Counted from the first letter of the stretch, positions 7,527-17,054 are shown. The stretch: 32,000 nucleotides of DNA from Mucisphaera calidilacus (GCF_007748075.1 NZ_CP036280.1:2940001-2972000), one strand, 5' to 3'. The notes: generated by a model from the sequence alone, not told the origin. Numbers and translations are program-made.

Positions 7527-8666
7527 TCAGGTGGGTTTGACGATGGATTCCATGATCTCGGTGGGGTCGATGCCGGCGTCGAGCGCGGCGGCCTCGGCGC
7601 GTTTCCTGATCTCGCTGACGACGTCGCGGTGTTCTGCTGCGTCGAGGCAGGCGAGGTCGGGCTTGTCGACGGGTCCGACGACGAATCGTTGGCAGAGGGT
7701 GTCGAGTCGGCGGTTGGCCTGTTCGAGTCGTTCGCGTGGGATGCGTCCGTCCTCGACGGCTTGTGCGATGGCGTCGATGGATTCGTTGGCGAGTTCGTTG
7801 GTGTGGCAGCAGAGCAGGAGGTCGACGCCGGCGGCGATGGCGTGGACGGCGGCCTCGGGGACGGCGTAGTTGTTGGCGATGGCCTTCATCTCGAGGTCGT
7901 CGGAGACGACGACGCCGTCGTATCCCATGGACTGCCGGAGCAGTCCGTGGATGACGGGCTGGCTCATGGTGGCGGGGTGTTGGGTGTCGATGGCCTCGAA
8001 GATGATGTGTGCGGTCATGATGGAGGCGATGTCGGCGTCGGCGGCGGCGCGGAAGGGTGGCAGCTCGACGGCTTCGAGGCGTTGCATGTCGTGTTTGAGT
8101 GTGGGGAGGGTGAGGTGGGAGTCCTGGTTGGTGTCGCCATGTCCGGGGAAGTGTTTCCCGCAGGCGGCGACGCCGGCGTCCTGGATGCCTTTGATGAGTT
8201 CGAGTCCGAGTCGTGTGACGACCTCGGCGTCGCGTGCGATGGAACGCGTGGCGATGATGGGGTTGTCGGGGTTGGAGTCGACGTCGAGGACGGGCGCGAA
8301 GTCGAGGTCGAATCCGACGGCGCGGCACTCGCTGCCGAGGACCTCGCCGGCCTTGCGTGCGAGGACGGGGTCGTTGACGGAGCCGAGGGCGCGCATGGGT
8401 GGCAGTTCGCTGAAGCCCTGTCGCAGTCGCTGGACGCGTCCGCCTTCCTGGTCGACGCCGAGGATGAGGGGTCGGTCGCCGGCGCGTTGCTTGAGAAGGG
8501 TGGTGAGGGCGGCGACGTCGTTGGGCTGGGTGTCGACGTTGCGGGCGAAGAAGACGACGCCTCCGACGCCTCGGTCGATGAGTTCGAGGACGCCGGTGCT
8601 GGGTTCGGTTCCGGGGAAGCCGACGCAGAGGGTGCGTGCGGCGAGTCGCTGGAGGTCGGACGCCAT
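7527..8666 (-). CDS. nagZ: Beta-N-acetylhexosaminidase NagZ (GH3)
   Basis: ATG at 8666. GH3/NagZ blocks present: LILGVDQEGGRVQRL, FAPVLDV, GKHFPGHGDTNQDSHLTLP and VVVSDDLEM. Confidence 0.9.
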   Translation of the reverse strand: MASDLQRLAARTLCVGFPGTEPSTGVLELIDRGVGGVVFFARNVDTQPNDVAALTTLLKQRAGDRPLILGVDQEGGRVQRLRQGFSELPPMRALGSVNDPVLARKAGEVLGSECRAVGFDLDFAPVLDVDSNPDNPIIATRSIARDAEVVTRLGLELIKGIQDAGVAACGKHFPGHGDTNQDSHLTLPTLKHDMQRLEAVELPPFRAAADADIASIMTAHIIFEAIDTQHPATMSQPVIHGLLRQSMGYDGVVVSDDLEMKAIANNYAVPEAAVHAIAAGVDLLLCCHTNELANESIDAIAQAVEDGRIPRERLEQANRRLDTLCQRFVVGPVDKPDLACLDAAEHRDVVSEIRKRAEAAALDAGIDPTEIMESIVKPT

Positions 8667-8699
8667 GGTTTTCCTCTCGGTACTGCTGATTCCTGCCGT

Positions 8700-10454
8700 C
8701 TACTCGGTCGCGATCTCGATGTTGTTTCGCAGGAGGAGGGTTCCGGTGGACTCGAAGAGTTGCGTGATGGCAACGGCGTAGTCGGCCCTTGCCTGGATTT
8801 CCTGGATCTCGGTGTTGGCGAGTCGTTCCTGCGTGGTGAGTTTCTGGTCGAGGAGGAATTCGGGCGTGAGCGCGACGCCTGCCTCTTCCTGTTCTTCGAT
8901 CGCGCGGAGGTTGTCGGCGGTGGCGCGTCGTGCGGCGCGTGTGGAGCCGATGAGTTCGTAGGCGTTGATGACGTTGCGCATGGCGTTCTTGACGTCGATG
9001 ATGACGTCCTGAGCCTGTCGTTCGTAGGCGATGGCGGCGACGCGTCGTTCGAGTCGTCGCTGTTCCATGAGCGATTCGGCGGATCGGTTGCCGATGGGTT
9101 GTTCGAAGGTGGCGCCGACGTTCCAGTCGATGAAGAAGTCGCTGGAGAAGGTGTCGCCGATGGCGGAGCCGAGGTCGTCGTTGTCGACGCCGTTGAGCGA
9201 AGCGCCGGCGGTGAGGTCGAGGAGCGGGAGTCGGAGGTTGTCGGCGAGCCGCTGTCGGAGCGAGGCGTCCTTGATGTCGTAGAGGGCGATGACGAGTTCG
9301 GGTCGGTTGCGCATGGCCACGGCGACGGCGTCGAGGAGGCTGTAGCGGATGGGGTCCTCGGGGGGTATTTCGGTGGAGAGGACGAGTGCTTCGCCTGCGA
9401 GTGGCAGTTCGGGGTCGTTGATGAGTCGCTTGAGTGCGTCGGAGGTCTGTCGGACGATCTGGCGTGCGCGGATGAGGTCGGCGCGTCGGAGTTCGACGAA
9501 GCTGTTGGCCTGTGTGATGCGAACGGGGCTGACGTCGAACTGCTGTCGTTTGAGGAGGCGGTCGCGTTCGGCGACGGTGCGGTTGAGGAGTCGCGTCTGG
9601 ATGAGGAGCTGGTTCTCGGCGACGTAGACGTTCCAGTAGGCCTGTTCGACGGAGGAGGCGAGGGCGATGAGGTTCTGCTTGAGGGTTTCGCTGGCGACGC
9701 TTTCTGCGTTGCGTGCGAGTTCGATCTGGGTGGTGCTGATGTCGCGTCCGAAGCCGCGGAGCAGGGGTTGCGTGACGGCGAGGGAGATGTCGTGGTCGAA
9801 GAAGGACTGGACGCCTGAGAAGCTGTCTTCGGTGTAGCTGGCGGAGGTGGCGACCTGGATGGTTCCGCCGGAGAGCATGGGCTTGCGGATGCCGACCTGT
9901 CCGTTGGTGACGTCGCCGAAGACGTCTCGTCCGACGCCGTTGCCCGGTCCGAGGGGTCCGGGTGTGGCGGTGCGTGTGTAGTTGAGGTCGGCGAAGAGGA
10001 CGGCGTCGAAGACGGCCTCGGCCTGGACGCGTTGGGTTCGTGAGATGCCCGGACCGAGTTTGGCGACGCGGAGGTCGATGTTGTTTCGGACGGCGGATTC
10101 GACGGCCTGCTGGAGGGTCATGCGGACGCGAGGCCCGTTGAGTTCTCCGGTGAGGTCGGGTCCGACTTCGAGGGGGTCGTTGGCGTAGGCGTCGATGCCG
10201 CTGGTGTCGTCGAGTTCTTCGAGTCGTTCCTCGGTCATCTGTGCAGTGACGTCGGATTCTTCGCGGTCGACCTGCACGACGGGCGCGGTGATGACGGATT
10301 CCATGCGTGCCCGGTGGGCATTGAGGATGGTTTCGCGCAGGGCGATTTCGTCGTCCTGATCGAGTGGGCTGGTGCATCCGCTGAGGATGACGGCGGCAGA
10401 GAGCGCCGAGGCCAGCAGGTGCCGAAGGGTAAAGACGCCGGGCTTGATGGTCAT
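8700..10454 (-). CDS. TolC-family outer-membrane efflux protein (lipoprotein-type signal)
   Basis: ATG at 10454. Signal with lipobox AVILSGCTS. Two OEP-type repeats with typical LTLQQAVESAVRNNIDLRVAKL and LSLLDAVAVAMRNRPEL starts. Size is right for the family. Confidence 0.8.
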   Translation of the reverse strand: MTIKPGVFTLRHLLASALSAAVILSGCTSPLDQDDEIALRETILNAHRARMESVITAPVVQVDREESDVTAQMTEERLEELDDTSGIDAYANDPLEVGPDLTGELNGPRVRMTLQQAVESAVRNNIDLRVAKLGPGISRTQRVQAEAVFDAVLFADLNYTRTATPGPLGPGNGVGRDVFGDVTNGQVGIRKPMLSGGTIQVATSASYTEDSFSGVQSFFDHDISLAVTQPLLRGFGRDISTTQIELARNAESVASETLKQNLIALASSVEQAYWNVYVAENQLLIQTRLLNRTVAERDRLLKRQQFDVSPVRITQANSFVELRRADLIRARQIVRQTSDALKRLINDPELPLAGEALVLSTEIPPEDPIRYSLLDAVAVAMRNRPELVIALYDIKDASLRQRLADNLRLPLLDLTAGASLNGVDNDDLGSAIGDTFSSDFFIDWNVGATFEQPIGNRSAESLMEQRRLERRVAAIAYERQAQDVIIDVKNAMRNVINAYELIGSTRAARRATADNLRAIEEQEEAGVALTPEFLLDQKLTTQERLANTEIQEIQARADYAVAITQLFESTGTLLLRNNIEIATE

Positions 10455-10589
10455 GGGTGGGCGACTATAAATGGGGTTCGTGGGGTGGTCAAAGGTTACG
10501 GGGTTGTTTGGGGAGCGGGGTGGCCGATCGTGTCGCAGTGGTCTAGGATCTGAGTCACTTTAACGTTTACCGATGCAGGAGTAATCGGC

Positions 10590-12005
10590 ATGCCGCGTCC
10601 GATGACGATCACCGAGAAGATTCTGGCTGCTCATGCGGGCCGCGACGAGGTTCGTCCGGGCGAGAACGTGTGGGTGGATGTTGACGTTCTGATGACGCAC
10701 GACGTGTGCGGGCCGGGGACGATCGGCATTTTCAAGGAGGAGTTCGGTGCGGACGCACGGGTGTGGGACCCGACGCGGATCCCGATCATCCCGGACCACT
10801 ACATCTTCACGGCGGACGAGAAGTCGCACCGGAACATCCAGATCCTGCGTGATTTCGTGAGGGAACAGGGGATCAAGTATTACTACGACCCCGACTTCCT
10901 GGACACGGCGGAGGGTTCGGGCATGCCGAATCCGTACCGCGACCCGACCAAGACGAACTATAAAGGCGTGTGTCACAAGGCGTTGCCGGAGGAGGGCCAC
11001 TGCCGGCCGGGCGAGATCCTGCTGGGGACGGATTCGCACACGTGCACGGCGGGGGCGTTTGGTCAGTTCGCGACGGGCGTGGGGAACACGGATGCGGCGT
11101 TCGTGATGGGGACGGGGCGGACGTGGCTGAAGGTCCCGCCGACGATGAAGTTCGTTTTTCACGGCGAGATCCCGCCCTACCTGACGGCGAAGGACCTGAT
11201 CCTGGCGGTGATCGGTCAGATCTCGGTTTCGGGTGCGACGTACAAGTCGATGTACTTCACGGGCGACGGGATCCGTTCGCTGACGCTCGAGGACCGGATG
11301 ACGCTGACGAACATGGCGATTGAGGCGGGCGGCAAGAACGGCGTCTGCGACGTGGACGAGAAGACGCTGGCGTATGTTCGTGCCCGGTCGAATCGTCCGG
11401 AATGGACGGTGTACGAGGAGGACGAGGGTGCGGAGTACGACTACGTCCACGAGTGGGACCTGGGGACGCTGGAGCCGCTGGTGGCCAAGCCGCACTCGCC
11501 TGACAACAGGGACACGGCGCGAAACTGCAGGGACGTTCCGCTGGAGCGTGCCTACATTGGTTCGTGCACGGGCGGGAAGATCACGGACATGATCATGGCG
11601 GCGAACCTGCTCAAGGGTCATCAGGTGAAGATCCCGACGTTTGTGGTCCCGGGTTCGACCGAGGTGCATCAGGACATGAAGAGCCGCGGTCTGGATGGCG
11701 AGCTGCGGAAGCTCGGCGAGCCGACGATCGAGGAGGTTCTGCTGGACGCGGGCTGCACGATGGGTCCGGCGTCGTGTGCGGCGTGCCTGGGCGGTCCGGT
11801 GGACACGTTCGGGCGGTTGAACGAGCCGATGGCGTGCATCAGCACGACGAACCGCAACTTCCCGGGCCGGATGGGTCACAAGGAGGCGGGCGTCTATCTC
11901 GCGAGCCCGCTGACGGTGGCCGCTTCGGCGTTGACGGGCAAGGTGACGGACCCGCGTGAGTACGTGGACGCGCCGATCCTGACGGGCTCGGCGGGGGTGC
12001 GTTGA
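10590..12005 (+). CDS. leuC: 3-isopropylmalate/homoaconitate dehydratase large subunit (aconitase family, type 2 LeuC/HacA)
   Basis: ATG at 10590 with AGGAG at 10577-10581. MTITEKILAAHAG...DVLMTHDVCGP, GTDSHTCTAGAFG and Fe-S ligand blocks IGSCTGG and CAACLGG. No small-subunit gene follows. Confidence 0.85.
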   Translation: MPRPMTITEKILAAHAGRDEVRPGENVWVDVDVLMTHDVCGPGTIGIFKEEFGADARVWDPTRIPIIPDHYIFTADEKSHRNIQILRDFVREQGIKYYYDPDFLDTAEGSGMPNPYRDPTKTNYKGVCHKALPEEGHCRPGEILLGTDSHTCTAGAFGQFATGVGNTDAAFVMGTGRTWLKVPPTMKFVFHGEIPPYLTAKDLILAVIGQISVSGATYKSMYFTGDGIRSLTLEDRMTLTNMAIEAGGKNGVCDVDEKTLAYVRARSNRPEWTVYEEDEGAEYDYVHEWDLGTLEPLVAKPHSPDNRDTARNCRDVPLERAYIGSCTGGKITDMIMAANLLKGHQVKIPTFVVPGSTEVHQDMKSRGLDGELRKLGEPTIEEVLLDAGCTMGPASCAACLGGPVDTFGRLNEPMACISTTNRNFPGRMGHKEAGVYLASPLTVAASALTGKVTDPREYVDAPILTGSAGVR

Positions 12006-12051
12006 GCGAGCCATCGCAATAATCAAAAATTTATGATATCATCATGCTTAC

Positions 12052-12768
12052 ATGGTGATCGTGGATATCACGAGTTGGGATGAGCTGCAGCGGCGGCTGT
12101 GCGCTTTTGATCGGCTGGCTACTCATGAGCGGGGGGCGTGGCTGTTTCGTGGCCATGCTTCGGAATGGTGGTCGCTTTCGTCGACGCTTGACCGTATGCA
12201 GACGTTCACGAGTTCGGGTTCGCGCAGGCAGGCTGCCCGGGATCTTCTGGAGCGGTTTACGCAGCAGGCTGCCTTGGCGCGAGGGCGGCGTTTCGTTGGT
12301 TTGATGGACCATCAGGTCAGGCAGGTCCAGATGATCGCGCGGCATCATGGTCTGCCGTGCACGGTGCTGGATCTCTCAAGGAATCAGAGGATTGCCCTGT
12401 TTTTCGCGCTCGCTCGCCCCGAACGGGCCGAGGATTTCGGCCACGCCTGCCTGATTGCGATCAATCGGGTTTATGCGTCGCGTCACGATGGGTTGCGTTT
12501 TTTTCCGGACAGGGCGCAGCCCAGCAGCGAGCACTTTCTGAGAGTTCAGCGGCAGGAGGCAACTCTGGTCGAGATCGGCGGTTACGGTCAATCTCTCGAA
12601 ACCATGGTTCCTGAGGCTCTGGTGAAATACCGTCTCTCGCCTATGATTCTGGATGAGGCCATCACGGTTCTGCGTGACTCGTATGACCTGAGCCTCAGTT
12701 ACCTGATGGGTGACCTTGCCACGGCCGCGGCAGAGGCAGAGAGGCACTACAAGGAGCAGATGCCATGA
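12052..12768 (+). CDS. FRG-domain protein (function unknown)
   Basis: ATG at 12052 in an AT-rich leader. The WLFRGH motif, plus ARHHGLPCTVLDLSRNQRIALFFAL (family pattern QHyGlPTrLLDwT.sp.vAlyFA) and RVQRQEATLVEI (Ri.aQ.G.F). GC is lower than in the flanking genes. Confidence 0.8.
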   Translation: MVIVDITSWDELQRRLCAFDRLATHERGAWLFRGHASEWWSLSSTLDRMQTFTSSGSRRQAARDLLERFTQQAALARGRRFVGLMDHQVRQVQMIARHHGLPCTVLDLSRNQRIALFFALARPERAEDFGHACLIAINRVYASRHDGLRFFPDRAQPSSEHFLRVQRQEATLVEIGGYGQSLETMVPEALVKYRLSPMILDEAITVLRDSYDLSLSYLMGDLATAAAEAERHYKEQMP

Positions 12769-13004
12769 CCGCAGTGATCTTTGATTCTGAGTGGCCGCTC
12801 CGGGCTGACGAAGAGCGGCTCATTTCGCTCTTTGTTCAGACGGGCAAGGCTCTGGAAGAGCTGCCATACTCGGACGACCTCGACGCATTGATCCGGCGGT
12901 ACGACGCGAGCGATCGTCACGAGCAGAACGGTCGGGTCACGGATCTCCGGAGACGAGAGATGCTCAACCGGCTGTGGAACTACCGGCTGCGCGGCATGAT
13001 TTAG
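12765..13004 (+). CDS. 79-aa hypothetical protein translationally coupled to the FRG gene
   Basis: ATG at 12765 overlaps the FRG stop (ATGA). aaggag at 12751-12756 lies 8 nt upstream. Charged helical-looking sequence. I recognise no family. Confidence 0.55.
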   Translation: MTAVIFDSEWPLRADEERLISLFVQTGKALEELPYSDDLDALIRRYDASDRHEQNGRVTDLRRREMLNRLWNYRLRGMI

Positions 13005-13063
13005 AGGGTGTTGTGCACCCGCCTCGGGAGCATTCTGCGAGAACCGCCCGAGAGGTAGAGGCT

Positions 13064-13816
13064 TTAGAGGCTCTGGAGGATGTTGAACGCGATCAGTTTG
13101 GCGCAGGCGCGGCCGCGGTGGGAGATGGCGTTTTTCTCGTCGGGGGTGAGCTGGGCGGTGGTGAGGCCGGGGTAGGGTGCGTCCTCATCGAGGAGGAAGA
13201 GCGGGTCGTAGCCGAAGCCGTTGGTGCCCTTGCCGAGGTGGGGTTGTTCGGGGTTGTCGGCTTCCTCGGGGAGGAGGATGCGGCCCTCGACCCGGCCGAC
13301 GACGGTGGCGAGGCAGTGGGGGCGGAGGTCGTCGGGGATGTCGGCGAGGTCGGTGAGGGGTTTGGCGGCGGGTGTGGGTGCGGCGATGACCATGTGGCAG
13401 ACGAAGCGTGCGTGGCGGTCGCGTTTGTGGACGCCGTCGAGGGCGTGGAGGAGCTTGCGGTTGTTGGCGGGGTCGCGTTGGGCTCGGTTGAGTTGGTCCC
13501 AGGGCGCGGGGAGGTCGGGCTGGTCGTCGGCGTAGTGGGCGGAGTCGACGCCCGGGTGGCCGTCGAGGGCGTCGACGACGAGTCCTGAGTCGTCGGCAAG
13601 GCAGGTCATGCCGGTGGCGCGGGCGTACTCAACGGCCTTGACGGCGGCGTTGCCGGTAAAGCTGTTGCGGTCTTCGACGGGTTCGGGGATGTCGCGGTCG
13701 AGGTCGCGGAGGGAGTGGAGGGTGATGCCCTCGAGGTAGCCTGCGAGGGCGGCGGCGATCTCGTCGACCTTGTGGGGGTTGCCGGTGGCGATGAGGATCG
13801 GGTGGGGATCGTTCAT
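13064..13816 (-). CDS. rdgB: RdgB/HAM1-family non-canonical purine NTP pyrophosphatase
   Basis: Track ORF 13064..13975 trimmed to ATG 13816 (cat at 13814-13816), 11 nt after the upstream gene's stop. ILIATGNPHKVDEI, LADDSGLVVDALDGHPGV, GFGYDP and ISHRGRA are the family blocks. Confidence 0.85.
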   Translation of the reverse strand: MNDPHPILIATGNPHKVDEIAAALAGYLEGITLHSLRDLDRDIPEPVEDRNSFTGNAAVKAVEYARATGMTCLADDSGLVVDALDGHPGVDSAHYADDQPDLPAPWDQLNRAQRDPANNRKLLHALDGVHKRDRHARFVCHMVIAAPTPAAKPLTDLADIPDDLRPHCLATVVGRVEGRILLPEEADNPEQPHLGKGTNGFGYDPLFLLDEDAPYPGLTTAQLTPDEKNAISHRGRACAKLIAFNILQSL

Positions 13817-13827
13817 CGTGTCGGGGC

Positions 13828-15543
13828 TCAGTCCATGTCCCACCAGTTGAGGTTGATCGTGGGGAAGATGACGTCGTGGATGTCGGCGTCCTGGATCTCG
13901 AACTGCTCGACCTCGGTGAGTTCGCCGAGGTAGCTGGTGTCGGCGTCGACCTTCTCGGCGATGTCGGCGAGGCACTCGAAGCGGGCGACGTGCTGCATGT
14001 AGCGTTTGATGCCGTAGTCAACGGCCTGCCCGCGTCGGATGACGAAGGGCCAGTCGGAGGCCTGGAGCAGGAGCAGTTCGCGTCCGGCTTTTTCGAGGAG
14101 TTCGCGGACCTTGGGTTTGTCGTTCCACTTGAGTTGGCTGGTGAGTCGTCCGAAGGTGGACTCGCAGCGGTACTCGATGTCCCACATCCAGTTGACCTGG
14201 TCGTTGGTCCAGACGCGGTGGTCGCCTTCTTCGCCCCATGAGCCTTCGGGGAGTGAGACGACCTTGTCGCTGGGGTGCCGTTCCTGGTACTCACGTGTGG
14301 TAGTGACGTTGATGGTGGGATCGGCGTTGAGGGTGAGCATGAGGTCGCGGATGAATCGCGGTCCCTCGAACCACCAGTGTCCGAAGAGTTCGGCGTCGAA
14401 GCAGGCGGTGACGACGCCCGGGCGTCCGCCGGTGCGGTGCTGGTGTCCCTGGAGGCGGTGTTTGAGGGAGTCGACGAAGTGGCTGACGTGCTGATGGATC
14501 TTGTGGGGGACGTCGTCGGGGTAGTAGAGGTGCTTGTCGCCGAGGTCGACCTTGTTGCCGGTGACTTTCCAGTATCGGAGCCCGCGTTTGGGGGACCACT
14601 TCTTGTGGAACTCGAGGTACTCGCCGGAGGCGGGGTATCCGAAGGCGCCGGACCAGACCTGTTCGCAGATGATGGGGTCGCGGGCGAAGGCGTTGCATCG
14701 CGCGAGGCCGGTGCCGTCGGAGTTGACGCCATGCGGCTCGTGGACGGAGTTCCATCCTCGGCCGGGGTACTTGGCGGACTCGTCCCAGCCGACCTTCCAC
14801 CATCCGCCGTCGTTGAAGACCTGCTCGGAGCGTGCCTGCTCGATGAGGTGGTGTTCGACGAAGAAGTGGGAGATGCCCTCGTCGGCGACGAGGTGTTCGA
14901 CGCCGATGCGTCCGTGTCGGTGACCCCAGTTGATGGGCGGGTCCCAGTCGCCCGAGGGGCGGTAGGCGCATTCGGGGAGCCACATGCCGGTGGGCCGGAA
15001 TCCGAGGATGCGTTCGGAGGAGGCGACGCCTGCGCGGATCTGGGCGCGGATGCTGGCGTCCTCGAGGAGCAGGGGCATGTAGGCGTGGGTGGCGTTGGAG
15101 GTGAGGATCTCGATCAGACCCTCCTGGGCGCGTTGGGCATAGGCCTTGGGGATGTCGCGGTCCATCTCCTCGAAGCGTTTGAGGATGCCTGAGTAGATGC
15201 CTTCCCACCACTCGGCGAGGTAGCCCATGTGGCCGTTGTCGATGCGGTCGAAGTCTTTCTTGTCCCGCTGAGCCTGTTCGATGCGATCCTCGAGGTAGCG
15301 GACGAATCCGGTTTTGAAGTGCTCGTGGGAGAGCTGTTCGAGGAGCACGGGCGTGAGGCCCATGACGATCTTGGGTCGTGCGTTGAAGAAGAGGCACTCG
15401 TCGAGGACGTTGAGGATGGGGATGTAGGTTTCGGCGGCGGCTTCGTAGAGCCAGTCTTCGCCGTGGGGCCACGTGCCGTGGCGGAGGACGTAGGGGAGGT
15501 GACCGTGCAGGACGAGGCAGAAGGAGCCGAGGAAATCGCTCAT
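13828..15543 (-). CDS. GH57-family 1,4-alpha-glucan branching enzyme (DUF1957-containing)
   Basis: ATG at 15543. FCLVLHGHLPYVLRHGTWPHGEDWLYEAAAETYIPILN matches the GH57 branching-enzyme N-terminus (cf. the Thermus enzyme, from memory). Also MWLPECAY and FDAELFGHWWFEG. Confidence 0.8.
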   Translation of the reverse strand: MSDFLGSFCLVLHGHLPYVLRHGTWPHGEDWLYEAAAETYIPILNVLDECLFFNARPKIVMGLTPVLLEQLSHEHFKTGFVRYLEDRIEQAQRDKKDFDRIDNGHMGYLAEWWEGIYSGILKRFEEMDRDIPKAYAQRAQEGLIEILTSNATHAYMPLLLEDASIRAQIRAGVASSERILGFRPTGMWLPECAYRPSGDWDPPINWGHRHGRIGVEHLVADEGISHFFVEHHLIEQARSEQVFNDGGWWKVGWDESAKYPGRGWNSVHEPHGVNSDGTGLARCNAFARDPIICEQVWSGAFGYPASGEYLEFHKKWSPKRGLRYWKVTGNKVDLGDKHLYYPDDVPHKIHQHVSHFVDSLKHRLQGHQHRTGGRPGVVTACFDAELFGHWWFEGPRFIRDLMLTLNADPTINVTTTREYQERHPSDKVVSLPEGSWGEEGDHRVWTNDQVNWMWDIEYRCESTFGRLTSQLKWNDKPKVRELLEKAGRELLLLQASDWPFVIRRGQAVDYGIKRYMQHVARFECLADIAEKVDADTSYLGELTEVEQFEIQDADIHDVIFPTINLNWWDMD

Positions 15544-15572
15544 GTGTTTATCCTACAGACGATCGAGTTCGG

Positions 15573-17003
15573 ATGATTGCATTCAGGAGCATGGTTTCCT
15601 TGACGAGCATAACCACAAAGCGGTCGGAGCATGGCGGTTCGGAGGGCTGGTCGTCCCAGCGGATTCACTGGGTGGGGATCGGCGGGAGCGGGATGTCGGG
15701 GTTGGCGCGGATGGTGCGCGGTCTGGGTGCGCGGTGCTCGGGCACGGATCGTGGCGAATCGCCCGTGGTCTCGGCGTTGCGTGCAGATGGGTTCGAGGTG
15801 GGGTTGGATCAATCGGGTTCGGCGGTGGCGGAAGCGACGACGCTGGTGGTGGCTTCGGCGGCGATCGCGGAGGACCACCCGGAGCTGCTGCGTGCTCGCG
15901 AACTCGGTTCGCCTGTGGTGCGTTACGCGGAGATGCTGGGTCGGGTCATGTCTGAGCGTGTGGGTGTGGCGGTGGCGGGGACGCACGGGAAGTCGACGAC
16001 GACGTCGCTGCTGAGTCACGTTCTGATTGAGGCGGGCCTGGACCCGTCGCTGATCGTGGGCGCGAACTGTGCGCAGATCGGCGGGGGCTGGCGTCTGGGT
16101 GGGAGTGATCTGCTGGTGGCGGAGGCGTGCGAGTTTGCGCGGTCGTTTCATCACCTGCGGCCCGAGCACGCGATCATCCTGAACATCGAGGCGGACCACC
16201 TGGACATCTACGACGGTCTGGACGAGATCGTGGCGGCGTTTGCGACGTTCGCGGGGGGGATTCGGGCTGAGGGGTCTTTGCTGATCCAGCACGAGTTGCC
16301 GCAGCGGATGGACGTGATCGCGGGTCTGGGGTGCGCGGTGGAGACGCTGGGCTTTGCGCCGCAGGCGGACTGGCGGGTGTCGGTGGAGGGTGGTCGTGCG
16401 ACGCTCCGGGGTCGGGACGGGCGTGAGCACGCGTGGCGGATGCCGATGCCCGGGGAGCACATGGCGTACAACGCGGCGGCGGCGGCGGTGACGGCGCACC
16501 GGCTGGGTGCCGAGTGGGGCGTGATCGAGCGTGCGATCGAGGGGTTTGCGGGTCTGGACCGGCGGATGCAGCGGCTGGGCGAGGTGGAGGGGGTGGTGGT
16601 GATCGATGATTACGGTCATCACCCGACGGAGATCGACACGACGCTTCGGGCGTTGCGTGACGGTTATTCGCCGGAGCGACTGATCTGCGTGTTTCAGCCG
16701 CATCAGCACAGCCGGACGCGTTTTCTGATGGAGCAGTTCGCGGCGAGTTTCGGGGTGGCGGACGTGGTGCTGGTGCCTGAGATCTACTTCGTGCGTGATT
16801 CGGAGCAGGAGCGTCAGCAGGTTCGAGCGGCGGAGTTGGTGAGTCGGTTGCGTGGTCGGGGTGTGCAGGCGATGCACGTGGACCCGATCGAGGCGATCAC
16901 GGACCAGCTTCGGCTGATGATGCGTGCGGGCGACCTGGTGGTGACGATGGGCGCGGGCGACGTCTGGCGTGTGGGTCACGCGCTGGTGGGTGAGGGCGCA
17001 TGA
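15573..17003 (+). CDS. murC: UDP-N-acetylmuramate--L-alanine ligase
   Basis: IHWVGIGGSGMSGLA Rossmann start, the GVAVAGTHGKSTTTSLL P-loop, and DDYGHHPTEI. The start could be ATG 15573 or ATG 15591, because only 29 bp separate it from the divergent GH57 gene. Confidence 0.9.
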   Translation: MIAFRSMVSLTSITTKRSEHGGSEGWSSQRIHWVGIGGSGMSGLARMVRGLGARCSGTDRGESPVVSALRADGFEVGLDQSGSAVAEATTLVVASAAIAEDHPELLRARELGSPVVRYAEMLGRVMSERVGVAVAGTHGKSTTTSLLSHVLIEAGLDPSLIVGANCAQIGGGWRLGGSDLLVAEACEFARSFHHLRPEHAIILNIEADHLDIYDGLDEIVAAFATFAGGIRAEGSLLIQHELPQRMDVIAGLGCAVETLGFAPQADWRVSVEGGRATLRGRDGREHAWRMPMPGEHMAYNAAAAAVTAHRLGAEWGVIERAIEGFAGLDRRMQRLGEVEGVVVIDDYGHHPTEIDTTLRALRDGYSPERLICVFQPHQHSRTRFLMEQFAASFGVADVVLVPEIYFVRDSEQERQQVRAAELVSRLRGRGVQAMHVDPIEAITDQLRLMMRAGDLVVTMGAGDVWRVGHALVGEGA

Positions 17004-17031
17004 AAAACCCCGCCGTGGTGGCGGGGTTTTG
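17003..17031. terminator. Bidirectional intrinsic terminator between the convergent murC and prepilin-like genes
   Basis: aaaaa-ccccgcc(17008-17014)-gtggt-ggcgggg(17020-17026)-tttt. A perfect 7-bp GC stem flanked by an A-run and a T-run. Confidence 0.7.
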
Positions 17032-17054
17032 TGTGGACGATGATGGGCTTGTGA

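Noticed and set aside
7629-9818. 729-aa plus-strand ORF antisense to nagZ and the TolC-like gene
   Set aside because: It has Gly/Asp/Val/Glu-rich low-complexity translation and no motifs, and it is fully antisense to two well-supported genes.
7213-10377. 1054-aa ORF on the minus strand spanning three genes
   Set aside because: Only the last ~101 codons (the DUF1294 motifs) look like protein. The rest is an Arg/Pro/His/Thr-rich alternative frame of the nagZ and TolC-like genes, which have clear family motifs in their own frames. This is an open-frame artefact of high GC.
10455-10589. leuC leader hairpin ccgat-gcaggagta-atcgg enclosing the AGGAG, read as an attenuator or riboswitch
   Set aside because: The stem is only 5 bp. 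There is no leader peptide with Leu codons and no recognisable riboswitch fold that I can support by eye.
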